A stretch of 64,000 nucleotides of DNA. Origin: Candidatus Gottesmanbacteria bacterium. Its GTDB lineage: Bacteria > Patescibacteriota > Microgenomatia > UBA10105 > UBA927. The stretch covers positions 105,473 to 169,472 of the forward strand of contig CAWEKC010000003.1 in NCBI GenBank assembly GCA_963809665.1. The letters run 5' to 3'. Shown piece by piece: positions 9,483-19,820 of the stretch. The notes beneath the pieces were generated by a model, which saw only the letters and a list, made by a program, of their open reading frames with translations, did not search any database and was not told the DNA's origin. The position numbers were made by a program, and so were the translations under genes. Every line of letters begins with the position of its first letter. The stretch's first letter is position 1.

Positions 9483-10721
9483 ATGCGGTACAGCCAACTA
9501 TTTCCTAAAACCCAAAAAACCGCTCCGACAGGAGCCGAAAGCGTCAACCATAAACTTCTGGTACGCGCCGGATTTATCGATCAGCTGATGGCGGGAAGTT
9601 GGACGCTCCTGCCCCTGGGTTGGCGCGTGGTGACAAAGATTAATCAGATTATCCGCGAAGAGATGAACGCCATCGGCGGTCAGGAAATGCTCATGCCCCT
9701 GTTGCACCCCAAAGAACTTTGGAATGAAACCGGCCGCTGGGAAAAAGCATCCGGGATTATGTATAAGCTGAAGGATATGCGCGAGCGCGAGTACGCATTA
9801 TCGTTTACTCATGAGGAGATTGTCATGGATTTACTGCGGAAAAACGTCAGGAGTTACCAGGATTTACCGGTATCTGTGTACCATTTTTCAACCAAGTTCC
9901 GTAACGAGCCCCGGGCGCGAAGCGGCATTCTGCGAGGCCGCGAGTTTATGATGAAAGACCTCTATAGCGCCCACGTGAGCGAGAAAGACATGATGGACTA
10001 TTATGAAAAAGTCAAACGCGCATATATCAAAATATTTAAACGGTTAGGGTTTTCCGTCCGTGTCACTGAGGCAAGCGGTGGGGTATTTACAGACAAGCAT
10101 ACGCACGAGTTTCAGGTGTTGACAGAAGGCGGGGAGGATACCATTTATTATTGCGGCAATTGTACATGGGGAGCCAATAAGGAACTGTTCGGTGAAGGGG
10201 GCCCCACGTCGTGTCCTGACTGCGGTAAGAACGATATCCGTCAGTCCCGTGCGATTGAGGTCGGGAATATTTTTCCCTTGGGTACGTGGTACGCCGAAAA
10301 AATGGGCGTTTACTTTGCTGACGAAAAAGGTCTAAGGAAGCCGGTGTGGTTTGCAAGTTATGGTATCGGTCCGACACGCGTTATGGGCGCCTTAGTTGAA
10401 GTCTCTCATGATGAGCGGGGCATCATCTGGTATCCGCAGGTTGCACCATTTGACGTGCATCTCATTTCGTTGCCCGGCGGTGAGAGTAAAGCGGAAGCGC
10501 TGCATAAGTACCTGATAAAGGAGGGAATTGAAGTCTTATGGGATGACCGCACGCAGTCTGCAGGGGTAAAGTTTGCAGATGCAGACCTCATCGGTATACA
10601 CGTCAGGTTGGTAGTATCCAAAAAAACTGGAGATCAGGTTGAGTTTAAACGCAGAAGCGTACAGTCATTTGAACTAATCGGCATCCCCGAAGCAATCAAA
10701 CGTATAAAATCCGCGTCATGA
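9483..10721 (+). CDS. proS: Proline--tRNA ligase (compact form with inserted Cys4 ribbon)
   Basis: YSQLF...GWRV...ETGRWEK class II ProRS motifs, C-terminal anticodon-binding domain; CxxC...CxxC insertion at aa 224-247. Confidence 0.8.
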   Translation: MRYSQLFPKTQKTAPTGAESVNHKLLVRAGFIDQLMAGSWTLLPLGWRVVTKINQIIREEMNAIGGQEMLMPLLHPKELWNETGRWEKASGIMYKLKDMREREYALSFTHEEIVMDLLRKNVRSYQDLPVSVYHFSTKFRNEPRARSGILRGREFMMKDLYSAHVSEKDMMDYYEKVKRAYIKIFKRLGFSVRVTEASGGVFTDKHTHEFQVLTEGGEDTIYYCGNCTWGANKELFGEGGPTSCPDCGKNDIRQSRAIEVGNIFPLGTWYAEKMGVYFADEKGLRKPVWFASYGIGPTRVMGALVEVSHDERGIIWYPQVAPFDVHLISLPGGESKAEALHKYLIKEGIEVLWDDRTQSAGVKFADADLIGIHVRLVVSKKTGDQVEFKRRSVQSFELIGIPEAIKRIKSAS

Positions 10722-11563
10722 AAACTATTGTTGCCCATATCGGGCCGGATTTGGATGCGATAACCAGCATCTGGCTCATCAAAATGTATTTCCCGGGGTG
10801 GGAGGAAGCAATGCTGGCGTTTGTACCCGCAGGCAACACACTGGGCGGGAATCCGCCGGATGATAATCCGGAGATTATCCATGTGGATACGGGGTTCGGG
10901 AAATTTGACCACCATCAAACGGATGCGGACACCTGTGCGTCACTTTTAGTGTATGAAGAAGTGAAACGGACACACGGTCTGACTGCGCAGGCAGGGGCTG
11001 ATAACGCCATGGAGCGGTTACTGGCGGTTGTCAATGATATCGATCATTTCCGCGAAGTATTTTTCCCTAATCCCACCGCAGATTTTTGGGATTTTAGCTT
11101 GGTTACCCAGATAGACGGGTGGAGACTAATATACAGCGACAATCCAATGAAAATCGTTGACCTGGGCATGCAGGCGCTCGACGGGATTTATAAGACATTT
11201 CAGAATAAGGTATGGGCGGAAAAAGAATTAAAGGAGAAGGGCGTTGAATTTGAAACGCAGTGGGGGAAGGGGATAGGTGTTGAAACAACCAACGACGAGA
11301 CCGTTCATCTGGCTCAGAAAATGGGATACGTGGTCGCGGTTCGGAAAGATCCGAAAAAAGGGTATCTTCGCATCAAATCCCTTCCGAAAGATGAGATAGA
11401 TCTTACGTCAGTGTATAATACGCTGAAAGCCGCAGAGCCTGATGCCACGTGGTTTCTCCATGCGAGTCGCCATATGGTGTTAAACGGGAGCAGCAAAAAT
11501 CCCGACATGCGGCCGACGAAAAAAACTCTGGCTCAAATCATCGAGGTGTTACGAAAGTCGTAA
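10718..11563 (+). CDS. DHH-family phosphoesterase
   Basis: Motif I HIGPDLDAITS, motif III DHHQ (FDHHQTD); 281 aa. Confidence 0.55.
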   Translation: MKTIVAHIGPDLDAITSIWLIKMYFPGWEEAMLAFVPAGNTLGGNPPDDNPEIIHVDTGFGKFDHHQTDADTCASLLVYEEVKRTHGLTAQAGADNAMERLLAVVNDIDHFREVFFPNPTADFWDFSLVTQIDGWRLIYSDNPMKIVDLGMQALDGIYKTFQNKVWAEKELKEKGVEFETQWGKGIGVETTNDETVHLAQKMGYVVAVRKDPKKGYLRIKSLPKDEIDLTSVYNTLKAAEPDATWFLHASRHMVLNGSSKNPDMRPTKKTLAQIIEVLRKS

Positions 11564-11566
11564 GGT

Positions 11567-11887
11567 ATGACGACATGTATTTTTTGTGATGTGATAGCGG
11601 GGAGATTACCCGGTACCAAACTGTATGAGGATGATGATGTTGTCGTAATTCGCGATATCCATCCGCAGGCACCGGTGCATTGGCTGGTTATTTCAAAGAT
11701 TCATGTACCGGAATTATTGGATGTACCGGATGGGCTTGCAGGGAAGATGATGGCAGTAGTGAATAAAATCATCCGCGACCAGGGTATACAGAAGTACAGA
11801 ATCGTCATTAACGGGAAAGGGGCGGTGCTTGTTGATCATTTGCATATACATGTTTTAGGGAAAATCGATAAGTTCAGAACGTTGTAA
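11567..11887 (+). CDS. HIT-family (histidine triad) hydrolase
   Basis: CIFCDVIAG N-terminus and HLHIHVLG histidine triad. Confidence 0.8.
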   Translation: MTTCIFCDVIAGRLPGTKLYEDDDVVVIRDIHPQAPVHWLVISKIHVPELLDVPDGLAGKMMAVVNKIIRDQGIQKYRIVINGKGAVLVDHLHIHVLGKIDKFRTL

Positions 11888-11895
11888 GGAGGTGT

Positions 11896-12093
11896 TTGTT
11901 TTTTATGGTATTTGTTAAAGCACAACCGGGAGAGACATCAGATTCTCTTATCAGGAAATTTACGCGGAAAGTTTTGTCCGAGGGTATATTGCAGGATTTG
12001 AAGAAACGTGAGTTTTATCAGAAGCCCGCGGAAGTCCGGAAAGAGAAGAAACGTGAACTTGCCCGGAGGCTTCGTCATCCGAATCGCGGGTGA
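11896..12093 (+). CDS. rpsU: 30S ribosomal protein S21
   Basis: VKAQPGETSDSLIRKFTRKV...KREFYQKPAEVRKEKKRE typical bS21; true start probably ATG at 11905. Confidence 0.8.
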   Translation: MFFMVFVKAQPGETSDSLIRKFTRKVLSEGILQDLKKREFYQKPAEVRKEKKRELARRLRHPNRG

Positions 12094-12548
12094 CCTGTGA
12101 AGGTCATATGCTTATAGACCGCTTACAAACGGATCTCATGACTTCCCTTAAAGGAGGGAAGTCGGCGCGTGTCGAAACAATCCGCTATTTAATTGCCGGG
12201 ATACATAATATCGTGACTTCAAAATATGGCGTTGATTGGGAAAAGAAAATGACGGACGCCGACGTCCTTGATACCGTAAAAAAACAGATTAAGACACACC
12301 GCGAATCCATAGATGCATTTGAAAAGGCGGGGAGGCATGAATTGGTGACAAGGGAAAAAGCACAGCTTACGATACTCGAAGAATTCGCTCCGAAAGAATT
12401 ATCGGATGAAGAACTCAAAAAGATATTGGAGCCGATTGCGAAATCCGGTGAAAAGAATTTCGGTTTATTGATGAAACAGGCAATGGCGGCAGTCAAAGGT
12501 CAGGCAGAAGGCGGAAAAGTATCGGCGATGTTAAAATCCCTTGTATGA
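12090..12548 (+). CDS. yqeY: GatB/YqeY-domain protein
   Basis: LIDRLQTDLMTSLKGG...RYLIAGIHN YqeY N-terminal helix pattern and size (152 aa); start may be internal ATG at 12108. Confidence 0.65.
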   Translation: MTCEGHMLIDRLQTDLMTSLKGGKSARVETIRYLIAGIHNIVTSKYGVDWEKKMTDADVLDTVKKQIKTHRESIDAFEKAGRHELVTREKAQLTILEEFAPKELSDEELKKILEPIAKSGEKNFGLLMKQAMAAVKGQAEGGKVSAMLKSLV

Positions 12549-12943
12549 TCACGGTATTGTTTCAAACAGAATCGCATTTTCCCGTTGACCGCAAAATAAT
12601 AAAAGAAGCAATAACAGCGGCACTGGAAGGGCAGGTCCATCGTGACACAGAGGTAAGCGTGAGTGTTGTCGGGGATCGGAGAATGCGGGAATTGAATAAG
12701 AAATACAGACGGTTGGATATGACGACCGATGTATTATCCTTCGGCCTCAACGACCCGATGGTCAGTATCCCCGCGGAGTTTGTCGAGGCACCGGATGATG
12801 TCTTGCGCTTGGGGGATATTGTGGTATCGTATCCACAGGCGGTTGCTGAAGCGCGTGAGGAAAATAAACTTGTCGACGATCAAATCGTGACACTCGTGCT
12901 TCATGGCCTAAACCATCTTCTGGGCAAACACCACCCGGAATAA
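12545..12943 (+). CDS. ybeY: rRNA maturation endoribonuclease YbeY
   Basis: C-terminal zinc motif HGLNHLLGKHH (H-x3-H-x5-H); 132 aa. Confidence 0.75.
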   Translation: MITVLFQTESHFPVDRKIIKEAITAALEGQVHRDTEVSVSVVGDRRMRELNKKYRRLDMTTDVLSFGLNDPMVSIPAEFVEAPDDVLRLGDIVVSYPQAVAEAREENKLVDDQIVTLVLHGLNHLLGKHHPE

Positions 12944-12962
12944 AAGTAAATAATACATAATT

Positions 12963-14303
12963 ATGTCGTTTTATAGAACCTATCGGCCGCAGGTTATTGA
13001 GGAAATTGATAATGTTGCTGTTCGCGAGCAACTATTATCGCTGCTGACGAAAGAGAAAAAGCAATTGCCGCATGCGTTTCTATTTACCGGTCCCAGGGGA
13101 GCGGGCAAAACAACAGCCGCCAGAATTGTTGCAAAACTGTTTAACTGCACGAAACCAAAAAAATATGGTCCGTGCGGTACATGTCCTCAATGCGTAAGTA
13201 TATCGGAGGGGAGAAATCTCGATGTGCTGGAAATTGATGCAGCCAGCAACCGCGGGATTGATGAGATCCGGCAGCTCCGCGATGCCATTAATTTATCACC
13301 GTCGGGTGCCGCATATAAAGTGTATATTATTGATGAAGTGCATATGCTCACGACAGAAGCATTCAATGCGCTCTTAAAAACATTAGAAGAACCTCCCGCT
13401 CATGCCGTGTTTGTTTTGGCAACGACCGACCCGCAAAAAGTACCCGCGACCATAAAATCCCGATGTGTAAGTATTTCGTTTCACAAGGCTTCCGCTGTTG
13501 AGCTTGCTGCAGCGCTTAAACGGATTGTTACGGCTGAAAAAATAAAAATTGACGAACCGGCATTAACGCTTCTTGCGGCAAGCGTTGACGGGTCTTTCAG
13601 GGATGCAGTGAAATTGCTTGAACAGGTGAGTTTCCACAAAGGGAAAATTTCCGGGGAAGTGGTCCGGTCACTCATTTCGTTAAGTGACGAGTCCGTCATC
13701 ACAACGTTTTTTGAGAGTCTGGCAAAGAAAGACGCACGGACCTCGCTTGCAATGATAGAAGACCTGACGATTCAGGGAAAGGATATAAAAATATTTCTTG
13801 TAGATTGTTTACGGCAGTTGCAAACAAATCTTTTAAAAGGCGTGCCGGACTCCGGAGAGCTCATACGGCGATTTACGGACGCCTACGCGCTGATGAAAGT
13901 CTCGCCCATTACGGAACTTCCCCTTGAGCTCGTTATTGTGGAATATTGTGGCAGCGGAAACGTGTCACCTCAACCACCTTCACCATCAGGAGCGGCACCT
14001 GTAGCGGTAGATTCACCGAGAGACGGTGTAACCCCGGAACTCGGTTTATTGACTCTCGAAAAACTCACGGAACACTGGAGAGATTTTATTGAAGAGCTCA
14101 AACCGTATAATCATTCGATGGCGGGAGTCCTTCGTAGCGCTAGACCAAAAGACGTCAGCCATGGTATAGTAACGATCGAAGCGTTTTATCCGTTCCATAA
14201 GGATAAATTGTCGGAGTCAAAAACGAAAGATGTTCTCATTCACGTTTTTAAAAAATTATTCGGCGAGAAAGTCAAAGTAGAAATCGTTCTCGGTAAAAAA
14301 TAA
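12963..14303 (+). CDS. dnaX: DNA polymerase III subunit gamma/tau
   Basis: Walker A GPRGAGKTT, zinc module CGTCPQC, clamp-loader box VYIIDEVHML, SRC motif. Confidence 0.85.
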   Translation: MSFYRTYRPQVIEEIDNVAVREQLLSLLTKEKKQLPHAFLFTGPRGAGKTTAARIVAKLFNCTKPKKYGPCGTCPQCVSISEGRNLDVLEIDAASNRGIDEIRQLRDAINLSPSGAAYKVYIIDEVHMLTTEAFNALLKTLEEPPAHAVFVLATTDPQKVPATIKSRCVSISFHKASAVELAAALKRIVTAEKIKIDEPALTLLAASVDGSFRDAVKLLEQVSFHKGKISGEVVRSLISLSDESVITTFFESLAKKDARTSLAMIEDLTIQGKDIKIFLVDCLRQLQTNLLKGVPDSGELIRRFTDAYALMKVSPITELPLELVIVEYCGSGNVSPQPPSPSGAAPVAVDSPRDGVTPELGLLTLEKLTEHWRDFIEELKPYNHSMAGVLRSARPKDVSHGIVTIEAFYPFHKDKLSESKTKDVLIHVFKKLFGEKVKVEIVLGKK

Positions 14304-14312
14304 GGAGGCAGT

Positions 14313-14579
14313 ATGATGAATCCATTTAAAGCACTCGGAGATTTGAATGCAATGCGGAAGCAGGCCTCGCAGATTCAGGCGGCTCTGGAGCAGGAGGAAT
14401 TTGAAATCAACGAAGGGAATGTGCGCATTCTCATATCCGGAAATCAGAATGTCAGGGTGGTAGAGATAGACGGCGTTGCCAACGAAACGATAAAGCGCGC
14501 CATTAATGACGCGATTAAAAAATCCCAACAGGCGGCGGCAATGAAACTAACAGAGCTGTCTAAACAGATGGGGCAATGA
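14313..14579 (+). CDS. ybaB: Nucleoid-associated protein YbaB/EbfC
   Basis: 88 aa; MMNPFKALGDLNAMRKQASQIQ...EINEGNVRILISGNQ pattern; conserved position after dnaX. Confidence 0.75.
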   Translation: MMNPFKALGDLNAMRKQASQIQAALEQEEFEINEGNVRILISGNQNVRVVEIDGVANETIKRAINDAIKKSQQAAAMKLTELSKQMGQ

Positions 14580-14914
14580 AGCCGGAACATCACCTCACAG
14601 TTACGGAAATAGGTCAGCATTTAAAACATAAATCGCGTCTTGCGCTTCTTGTTCTTCCGTTGTTTGCACCAGGACTTCCCGAACCGACATCCGATTTTTC
14701 CCGTGAGTTTGCTGACGCGTTTAATATAGTATTCCTTCAGGAGGGCAATCCGGTCTTCGATTTTATGAATAATTTAAACAAACCGGAAAAAGATAAGGTT
14801 ATTAACCTACTTATTCAAGGAGGTATGGCAGGATCAACCTATATATCAGGAGGAATATATTTGGTAATTCCAACTGATGTACAATTGAATTCACCGAATA
14901 ACGGGCGGATATAA
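14576..14914 (+). CDS. Hypothetical protein
   Basis: 112-aa ORF filling the gap after ybaB; no recognisable motifs. Confidence 0.3.
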   Translation: MKPEHHLTVTEIGQHLKHKSRLALLVLPLFAPGLPEPTSDFSREFADAFNIVFLQEGNPVFDFMNNLNKPEKDKVINLLIQGGMAGSTYISGGIYLVIPTDVQLNSPNNGRI

Positions 14915-14918
14915 TTTT

Positions 14919-16116
14919 ATGAATACGTCAGTGCGTTTATCATTGGTTCCTGCGTCACCAATCCGTAAGTTGGTTCCGTTGGCCGCGAAAGCCAAACGGG
15001 AAGGGGTGAAGGTATATCACCTGAATATCGGGGATCCTGACATATCGACACCCGACGTAATGATTGATGTATTACATACTTGGAAAATCAACCCCATCGG
15101 TTATGGGCAGTCCCAGGGAGAGCCGGTGTTTTTGGAAGCGCTACACGCGTACTATCAGCGGATCGGATTCCGTTATATCGAAACGGCACACATACAGGCG
15201 ACTTCAGGAGGATCGGAGGCAATTTCTATGGCGATGTTGGCCGCTTGCGATTCCGGCGACGAAATACTTACGTTTGAGCCTTTATACACGAATTACAATT
15301 CCTATGCCGCGATTACCGGTGTGAAATTAGTTGCCGTACCGACCAATATCGAAACCGGGTTTCATTTACCGCCGAAAATGGATATCGAAAAAAGAATTAC
15401 GAAAAGAACAAGGGCCATACTTTACTGTAACCCGAATAATCCAACCGGGACAGTCTACATTAAGAAAGAAATTGATATGCTTGTATCGATAGCAAAAAAA
15501 TACGGACTGTTCCTTATGGCCGATGAGGTGTACCGCGAATATACGTATGACGGGAGGATTCATACGTCGCTTCTATCGTATATGAAGTCCATTCCCGAAC
15601 ATGCAATAGTTTTGGACAGTATGTCCAAACGGTATAGTCTCTGCGGCATCCGGATCGGAGCGCTGGTGTCGATGAATACTGACATCATGGCAGGGGTACT
15701 GCGAGTGGCCCAAGGCCGGTTGTCGGCAGGTCTTGTGGATCAATATATTGCCGCGCAGCTCGTCGCAGTTCCGAAGAGCTTATCTTCTTAATACTCACCG
15801 GGAATATGAAAAACGCCGTGATGTCTTATATGAAGGACTCAGGAAAATTCCCGGGGTGACGATACCTAAACCCGAAGGGGCCTTTTATACAATTGTCGGT
15901 CTTCCGGTTTCCGACAGCGAACGATTTTGCCGATGGTTACTCACGGATTTTCGTGACCATAACGAAACGGTGATGCTCGCACCTGCCGCCGGATTCTATG
16001 CGACAAAAGGAAAAGGAAAAAATGAAGTACGTATCGCATATGTTCTGAATATAAAAGAATTAAAACGATGTATCGACCTTTTAAGAAGCGCGCTGAAGGT
16101 ATACAATAAAGCGTAA
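14919..16116 (+). CDS. Class I/II (aspartate-type) aminotransferase, split by apparent +1 indel in 15733-15791
   Basis: N-part has PLP-aminotransferase features (LNIGDPD, SMSKRYSLCGIRIG PLP-Lys region); C-part (YLLNTHREYEKRRDVL...RIAY) continues in +1 frame; combined length about 399 aa. Confidence 0.7.
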
Positions 16117-16117
16117 C

Positions 16118-17035
16118 ATGAAAGATTTTCTATTGTTTGCCGGTTCCAGTAACGTCCCGTTAGCCCGGGAGGTAGCAAAACTTCTGAAGATATCTTTGGG
16201 AAAGGTTGAGTTACAGCGATTTGCCGACGGAGAACTGCGTCCGTGGATTCAGCAGGACGTCCGTAATAAAACAGTATTTGTCCTCGAGTCGTTTTCCTAT
16301 CCTATGGATGAACACATCATGGAAATGGTTCTCATGGGAGATGCGATCCGGCGGGGCGCACCGGAAACGATGATTGCAGTCGTACCGTATTTAGGATATG
16401 CCAGGCAGGATAAGATTCACCGTCCGGGCGAACCGGTATCCGCACGCGTGATTGCAAAATTTCTTGAGGTCAGCAAATATAAAGAGGTCATTACTATGGA
16501 TCTGCATAACGATGCGATCGTCGGGTTTTTCCAGGTGCCGGTGACGCACCTGAGCGCATTGGATCTGTTGGCGGGTGAAGTCAAAAAACTTGTATCGTTG
16601 AAAAATTCGATTGTCGTATCACCTGATGTCGGCGGGACGAAGCGCGCACGGAATTTAGCATATGCGCTTGATCTTCCCATTATACTTATGGAAAAAAAGC
16701 GGTATCTTGACCGGTATGACGTAACCGAGTCATATGAAATAATCGGTACGGTGGAAGGAAAAACCGCGATTATAATCGACGACATCATATCAACCGGCGG
16801 GACGATTGCAGACAGTGCGAAATCCCTAAAAGAAGCCGGAGCCAAATCCGTGATTGTGCTTGCGACGCACGGAGTATTAGCCGGCCCGGCGAAAGAAAAA
16901 TTGGTCCGGGCACCGGTAGACTATTTTGTCATTACGGATTCTATTAGCATACCGAAGGAAAAACAATTTCCGAGACTTCGCATCGTTTCGATTGCCCCGA
17001 TCCTTGCAGATGCTATTTCCGGGATAGTGCGCTAA
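16118..17035 (+). CDS. prs: Ribose-phosphate pyrophosphokinase
   Basis: N-terminal FAGSSN...LAREVA, PRPP-binding loop IIDDIISTGGT, 305 aa. Confidence 0.85.
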   Translation: MKDFLLFAGSSNVPLAREVAKLLKISLGKVELQRFADGELRPWIQQDVRNKTVFVLESFSYPMDEHIMEMVLMGDAIRRGAPETMIAVVPYLGYARQDKIHRPGEPVSARVIAKFLEVSKYKEVITMDLHNDAIVGFFQVPVTHLSALDLLAGEVKKLVSLKNSIVVSPDVGGTKRARNLAYALDLPIILMEKKRYLDRYDVTESYEIIGTVEGKTAIIIDDIISTGGTIADSAKSLKEAGAKSVIVLATHGVLAGPAKEKLVRAPVDYFVITDSISIPKEKQFPRLRIVSIAPILADAISGIVR

Positions 17036-17051
17036 AATATAGTCGGCCTAT

Positions 17052-17654
17052 ATGACACGAATCCTTCCGAAAGCGGTATCCAAAGTGATAGAATCATTCG
17101 AGCGGTTGCCTGGGATCGGCCCCAAAACCGCGACGCGGCTCGCATTTTACTTACTGCATGTTCCCGAAGAAGAACTTGTACTGTTTGCCAAGCATCTGAG
17201 CGATCTGAAAGCAAATACCGTACTCTGCTCTGTATGCAAAAACATCGCAGAATCAGATCCGTGCAATATTTGCGGGAACTCTTCCCGCGATCAGACGACA
17301 ATCTGCGTGGTCGAACAGCCCACGGACGTACTCTCGATCGAGCGCACCGGAAAATTTAACGGAGTATATCATGTGTTACACGGTTCTATTGATCCGTTGA
17401 ATAATATTGGTCCGGACGAGCTGTATATTGCCGATTTACTGAAGCGGGTTAAAGGAGTGGATGAAATCATTTTAGCAATGAATCCGAACATGGAAGGGGA
17501 GGCAACCGCTATGTATCTGACGAAACAGATACAGGAAAAAAATAGTAAGGTAGTAATCACCAGGCTTGCTCACGGACTACCGGTCGGAGCCGACATAGAA
17601 TACGCCGATGAAGTCACGCTTTCCCGGGCACTTGAAGGACGGCGGCAACAATAA
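17052..17654 (+). CDS. recR: Recombination protein RecR
   Basis: HhH motif LPGIGPKTATRLAFYLL, Cys4 zinc finger CSVCKNIAESDPCNICG, Toprim domain. Confidence 0.85.
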   Translation: MTRILPKAVSKVIESFERLPGIGPKTATRLAFYLLHVPEEELVLFAKHLSDLKANTVLCSVCKNIAESDPCNICGNSSRDQTTICVVEQPTDVLSIERTGKFNGVYHVLHGSIDPLNNIGPDELYIADLLKRVKGVDEIILAMNPNMEGEATAMYLTKQIQEKNSKVVITRLAHGLPVGADIEYADEVTLSRALEGRRQQ

Positions 17655-17655
17655 T

Positions 17656-17961
17656 ATGGTTGCGAAGAAAGACGTTGAAAACATACTGAAAAAGATTCCC
17701 GATCCGGAAATAGGGGTGTCGCTGTGGGATTTGGGTCTGGTGTATGACATAACTATTGATAAAAAAATGGGCAACGTAGAGATTCTTATGACGCTTACAA
17801 CCGTCGGATGTCCGTTATATGACCAAATAGCCGGGCTGATTCGTCAAAAAGTGGGTACGTTGAAGGGTGTAAAAAAGGTGACCCTGACACTGACGTTTGA
17901 ACCCCCGTGGACGGTCGATCGGATGAGCGATAGTGCGAAAGCGCAGTTGGGTTTTATATAG
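17656..17961 (+). CDS. DUF59/MIP18-family Fe-S assembly-like protein
   Basis: DPEIGVSLWDLGLVYD and TLTTVGCP motifs typical of DUF59; start set at ATG 17656. Confidence 0.6.
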   Translation: MVAKKDVENILKKIPDPEIGVSLWDLGLVYDITIDKKMGNVEILMTLTTVGCPLYDQIAGLIRQKVGTLKGVKKVTLTLTFEPPWTVDRMSDSAKAQLGFI

Positions 17962-17963
17962 AT

Positions 17964-18398
17964 ATGGCAGGAGTTGGAAAACAAATTATCGGGTCGTTTG
18001 AAGATATCGGTAAAGATATTGCTGCTGAAACGGTTCAGGTACCGAAGGATGTTTTGGGACAAGCGCTTGAGAGTCTGGGAACAAGTTCCCAAAAATCTCA
18101 AAAATCCCCAGCGGCCCCGGCCCCCCAAAAACCATCGGAGGGTGAGAAGAAAATCATTCCTCCGCGCGAGTGGCTGGCAGAACTGGCAGGAAAAAATAAA
18201 AGACAGCCGGAACCGACGGTGACCCAACGGTTTGAAAAAGAGCAGCAGGAAAAAAATGAAAAAGAATCAAAGAAAGCGGCAGTTGCACAGCAAATGGCCC
18301 CGATTGTTACCGGCACAAGCAAGCCAAGGAGAGGAAATTTATATGGTATCAGACAAAAATCAAGTTCCGAAATAAGCAAAAACGTCCGACAGGACTGA
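17964..18398 (+). CDS. Hypothetical low-complexity Lys/Glu/Pro-rich protein
   Basis: 144-aa ORF, compositionally biased (QKSQKSPAAPAPQKPSEGEKK). Confidence 0.3.
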   Translation: MAGVGKQIIGSFEDIGKDIAAETVQVPKDVLGQALESLGTSSQKSQKSPAAPAPQKPSEGEKKIIPPREWLAELAGKNKRQPEPTVTQRFEKEQQEKNEKESKKAAVAQQMAPIVTGTSKPRRGNLYGIRQKSSSEISKNVRQD

Positions 18399-18413
18399 TG
18401 ATATAATTATTTT

Positions 18414-19820
18414 ATGTTACAGCTTTATAACACGCTTACAAAAAAAGTTGAACCGTTTTCACCCCGCGACCCGAAGCTTGTGACCGTATACTGCTGCGGA
18501 CCGACGGTATACGACTATGCGACCATCGGAAATTTCCGAACCTATATGATGACAGATATCCTTGTCCGAACACTGCGCCATGTTGGGTATATCGTTAAAT
18601 TTGTCATGAATATTACAGACGTCGGACATCTTGTTTCTGATGAGGATACCGGTGAGGACAAGATGGAAAAGGGGGCGAAGCGTGAAGGAAAAACGGCATG
18701 GGATATTGCAAAATTTTATACGGAAGCGTTTTTAACCGATAGCAGGAAATTAAATCTTATAGATCCCGACGTACGTCCGAAACCGACTGAACATATTCCC
18801 GATCAAATCGCTCTGGTACAGGTGTTGCTTGATAAGGGATATGCATATCAAATAGATGACGGCATCTATTATGACACCGGTAAATTTCCGACCTACGGAC
18901 AGCTTACCGGTCAACGACTAGATGAACTAAAAGCGGGTGCGAGGGTGGAACCGAATCCACAGAAAAAGAATCCCACGGATTTTGCACTTTGGAAGTTCAG
19001 CCCGAAAGGAAAAAAACGCGATATGGAGTGGGAAAGCCCGTGGGGTATGGGATTTCCGGGATGGCACATCGAATGTTCCGCGATGAGCCGGAAGCATTTG
19101 GGAGAACAGATAGATATACATACGGGAGGAGTAGATTTAATTCCGGTTCATCATACGAACGAAATTGCCCAGAGTGAGGCGGCGTGGGGCAAGTCGCCGT
19201 TTGTACGATTTTGGGTGCACGGACAATTTCTCCTGGTGGACGGTCAAAAAATGACTAAGAGTAAAAATAATTTTTACCGCCTTTCGGATGTTGAAGAAAA
19301 AGGATTTAATCCTCTCGCACTCCGGTATTTGTACCTGACTGCCCATTACCAGACGTTTTTAAATTTTACATGGGAGGGGTTGACGGCCGCAAAAAATTCA
19401 CTTACGGAACTGCGGAATCATATGAAAATATTACGTGCTGACGGAAGAAATACGCTCTCCAGAGAAAAAGTGGATAAAATTGATGAGTTCCGTGATACAT
19501 TTGATGCGGCAATCTCGGATAATCTCAATACCCCTCAGGCTCTTGCAGTCGTGTGGGAAGTCGTCAAAAGTAATATTCCCGCTCCGGATAAATACGATCT
19601 CCTTATTGATTTTGATGAAGTGCTTGGGCTGAATCTGAAAGAAGTTACGGGTGTCTCAAACGTAGAAATTCCTTCAGACATTCAGGATCTTGCCAAAAAG
19701 CGGGACCAACTTCGCGCTCAGAAGAAATTCGCTGACGCAGATATTATTCGTCAGGAAATTGAGTCAAAAGGGTATGTTCTTGAAGATACTCCGGCGGGAG
19801 CATTACTTTCCCGGAGTTAA
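18414..19820 (+). CDS. cysS: Cysteine--tRNA ligase
   Basis: CGPTVYDYATIGNFRTY (HIGH-region), KMTKSKNN (KMSKS), zinc-binding Cys. Confidence 0.9.
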   Translation: MLQLYNTLTKKVEPFSPRDPKLVTVYCCGPTVYDYATIGNFRTYMMTDILVRTLRHVGYIVKFVMNITDVGHLVSDEDTGEDKMEKGAKREGKTAWDIAKFYTEAFLTDSRKLNLIDPDVRPKPTEHIPDQIALVQVLLDKGYAYQIDDGIYYDTGKFPTYGQLTGQRLDELKAGARVEPNPQKKNPTDFALWKFSPKGKKRDMEWESPWGMGFPGWHIECSAMSRKHLGEQIDIHTGGVDLIPVHHTNEIAQSEAAWGKSPFVRFWVHGQFLLVDGQKMTKSKNNFYRLSDVEEKGFNPLALRYLYLTAHYQTFLNFTWEGLTAAKNSLTELRNHMKILRADGRNTLSREKVDKIDEFRDTFDAAISDNLNTPQALAVVWEVVKSNIPAPDKYDLLIDFDEVLGLNLKEVTGVSNVEIPSDIQDLAKKRDQLRAQKKFADADIIRQEIESKGYVLEDTPAGALLSRS

